Origin: Octopus sinensis | Taxonomy: Eukaryota | NCBI RefSeq assembly: GCF_006345805.1 | Contig: NW_021828513.1 | Coordinates: forward strand, 1-8,142 | Length of the DNA stretch: 8,142 nt | Reading direction: 5' to 3' | Shown: positions 7,556-8,142 of the stretch, one piece after another | Layout: every line of letters starts with the position of its first letter | How positions within the stretch are numbered: the stretch's first letter is position 1 | Translations under genes and position numbers: made by a program | The notes under the pieces: generated by a model | What the model saw: only the letters and a program-made list of their open reading frames with translations | The model's database searches: none | What the model was told of the DNA's origin: nothing

Positions 7556-7785
7556 TCTTTTTTTTCTTTTACTTGTTACAGTCATTTGACAGTAGTTATG
7601 CTAGAGCACCGCCTTTAATCTAGCAAATCGACCCCAGGACTTATTCTTTGTAAGCCTAGTACTTTTTCTATCGGTCTCTTTTCCCGAACCGCTAAGTTAT
7701 AGCGACGTAAACACACCAACATCGGTTGACAATCAATGGTGGGGAGGGGGACAAACACAAACATACAAACACATACATATATATA
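7556..7785 (-). mobile_element. SINE family A, 3' half, interrupted at its internal (TA)n by a mariner
   Basis: Parallels 6345-6570 (CTTTTACTTGTT.CAGTCATTTGAC..GAGCACCGCCTTTAATC..GGACTTATTCTTTGTAAGCC..ACAAACAC). It stops at CATATATATA, where the mariner TIR begins. Confidence 0.92.
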
Positions 7786-8142
7786 TCAGGTTGAACAAAA
7801 AGTAAGCAACGTTTTGAACCATGAAGAATTTGTATTTTTGCAGAGTTTTGAATTTTTTTAAACATTTTTTTATTTTTGGAAATTGTCTGATAACACAGAC
7901 ATAGACTTGCCCAAATGCATCAATAAATTAACATTGGTAATTTTTTTTATTTTTGCATCTGAAATGGAATTGTCAAAGCGCAATATTCGAATAATTTTGC
8001 TGTTCAACTTCAAAAAAGGATGTAAAGCAGCTGAAACTGTTCGCGATATCAACAAAACTTTTGGTGAGGAAATGACGAGTGAGTGGTCAGTCCGGAAATG
8101 GTTGAAACAATTTCATAGTGGCGACCTGAGCCTTGAAGATCG
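7786..8142 (+). mobile_element. 5' end of an Hsmar1-like (cecropia-type) mariner
   Basis: TA (7784-7785) then the TIR-like TCAGGTTGAACAAAAAGTAAGCAACGTTTT, similar in form to the Hsmar1 TIR (TTAGGTTGGTGCAAAAGTAATTGCGGTTTT). Transposase starts at 7964. Confidence 0.93.
7964..8142 (+). CDS. Mariner transposase N-terminus (HTH DNA-binding domain), open to the window end
   Basis: MELSKRNIRIILLFNFKKGCKAAETVRDINKTFGEEMTSEWSVRKWLKQFHSGDLSLED aligns by eye to the Hsmar1/SETMAR transposase start (..KKQIRAIFLFEFKMGRKAAETTRNINNAFG..TVQWWFKKFCKGDESLED). Absent from the ORF track. Whether it is intact downstream is unknown. Confidence 0.88.
   Translation, partial: MELSKRNIRIILLFNFKKGCKAAETVRDINKTFGEEMTSEWSVRKWLKQFHSGDLSLED

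Noticed and set aside
1-8142. The two mariner ends as one composite transposon enclosing the window
   Set aside because: The TIR sequences differ (CGAGGTGGTATC.. vs TCAGGTTGAAC..), and the ends face outward: a 3' end on the left and a 5' end on the right.

Overview
This is eukaryotic, repeat-saturated, non-genic DNA, very probably from an octopus. That call is an inference from the two tRNA-derived SINE families and the dense (TA)n/(TG)n/(TATG)n microsatellites. I find no supported host protein-coding gene; the ORF-track entries are microsatellite or SINE artefacts, or pieces of decayed transposons. Contents: (i) the 3' end of one mariner (1-209) and the 5' end of an Hsmar1-like mariner from a different subfamily (7786-8142); (ii) three decayed minus-strand LINE remnants, of the RLE-endonuclease (R4/Dong-like), RTE and CR1/L2 types; (iii) five copies of a CORE-type SINE (family A); (iv) a monomer and a dimer of a second SINE (family B), each with a clean target-site duplication; (v) a 63-bp palindrome, a structured ~280-bp element and a 23-bp minisatellite. 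I see no new multi-gene system. The most interesting signals concern transposon mechanism: a 76-bp internal piece of mariner transposase, 73/76 identical to the copy ~4 kb away, patched into the CR1/L2 LINE; a 3' tail shared by that LINE and SINE family A, with compensatory stem-loop changes; and an RLE LINE that appears to sit in a (CATA)n microsatellite. All alignments and translations were done by eye.
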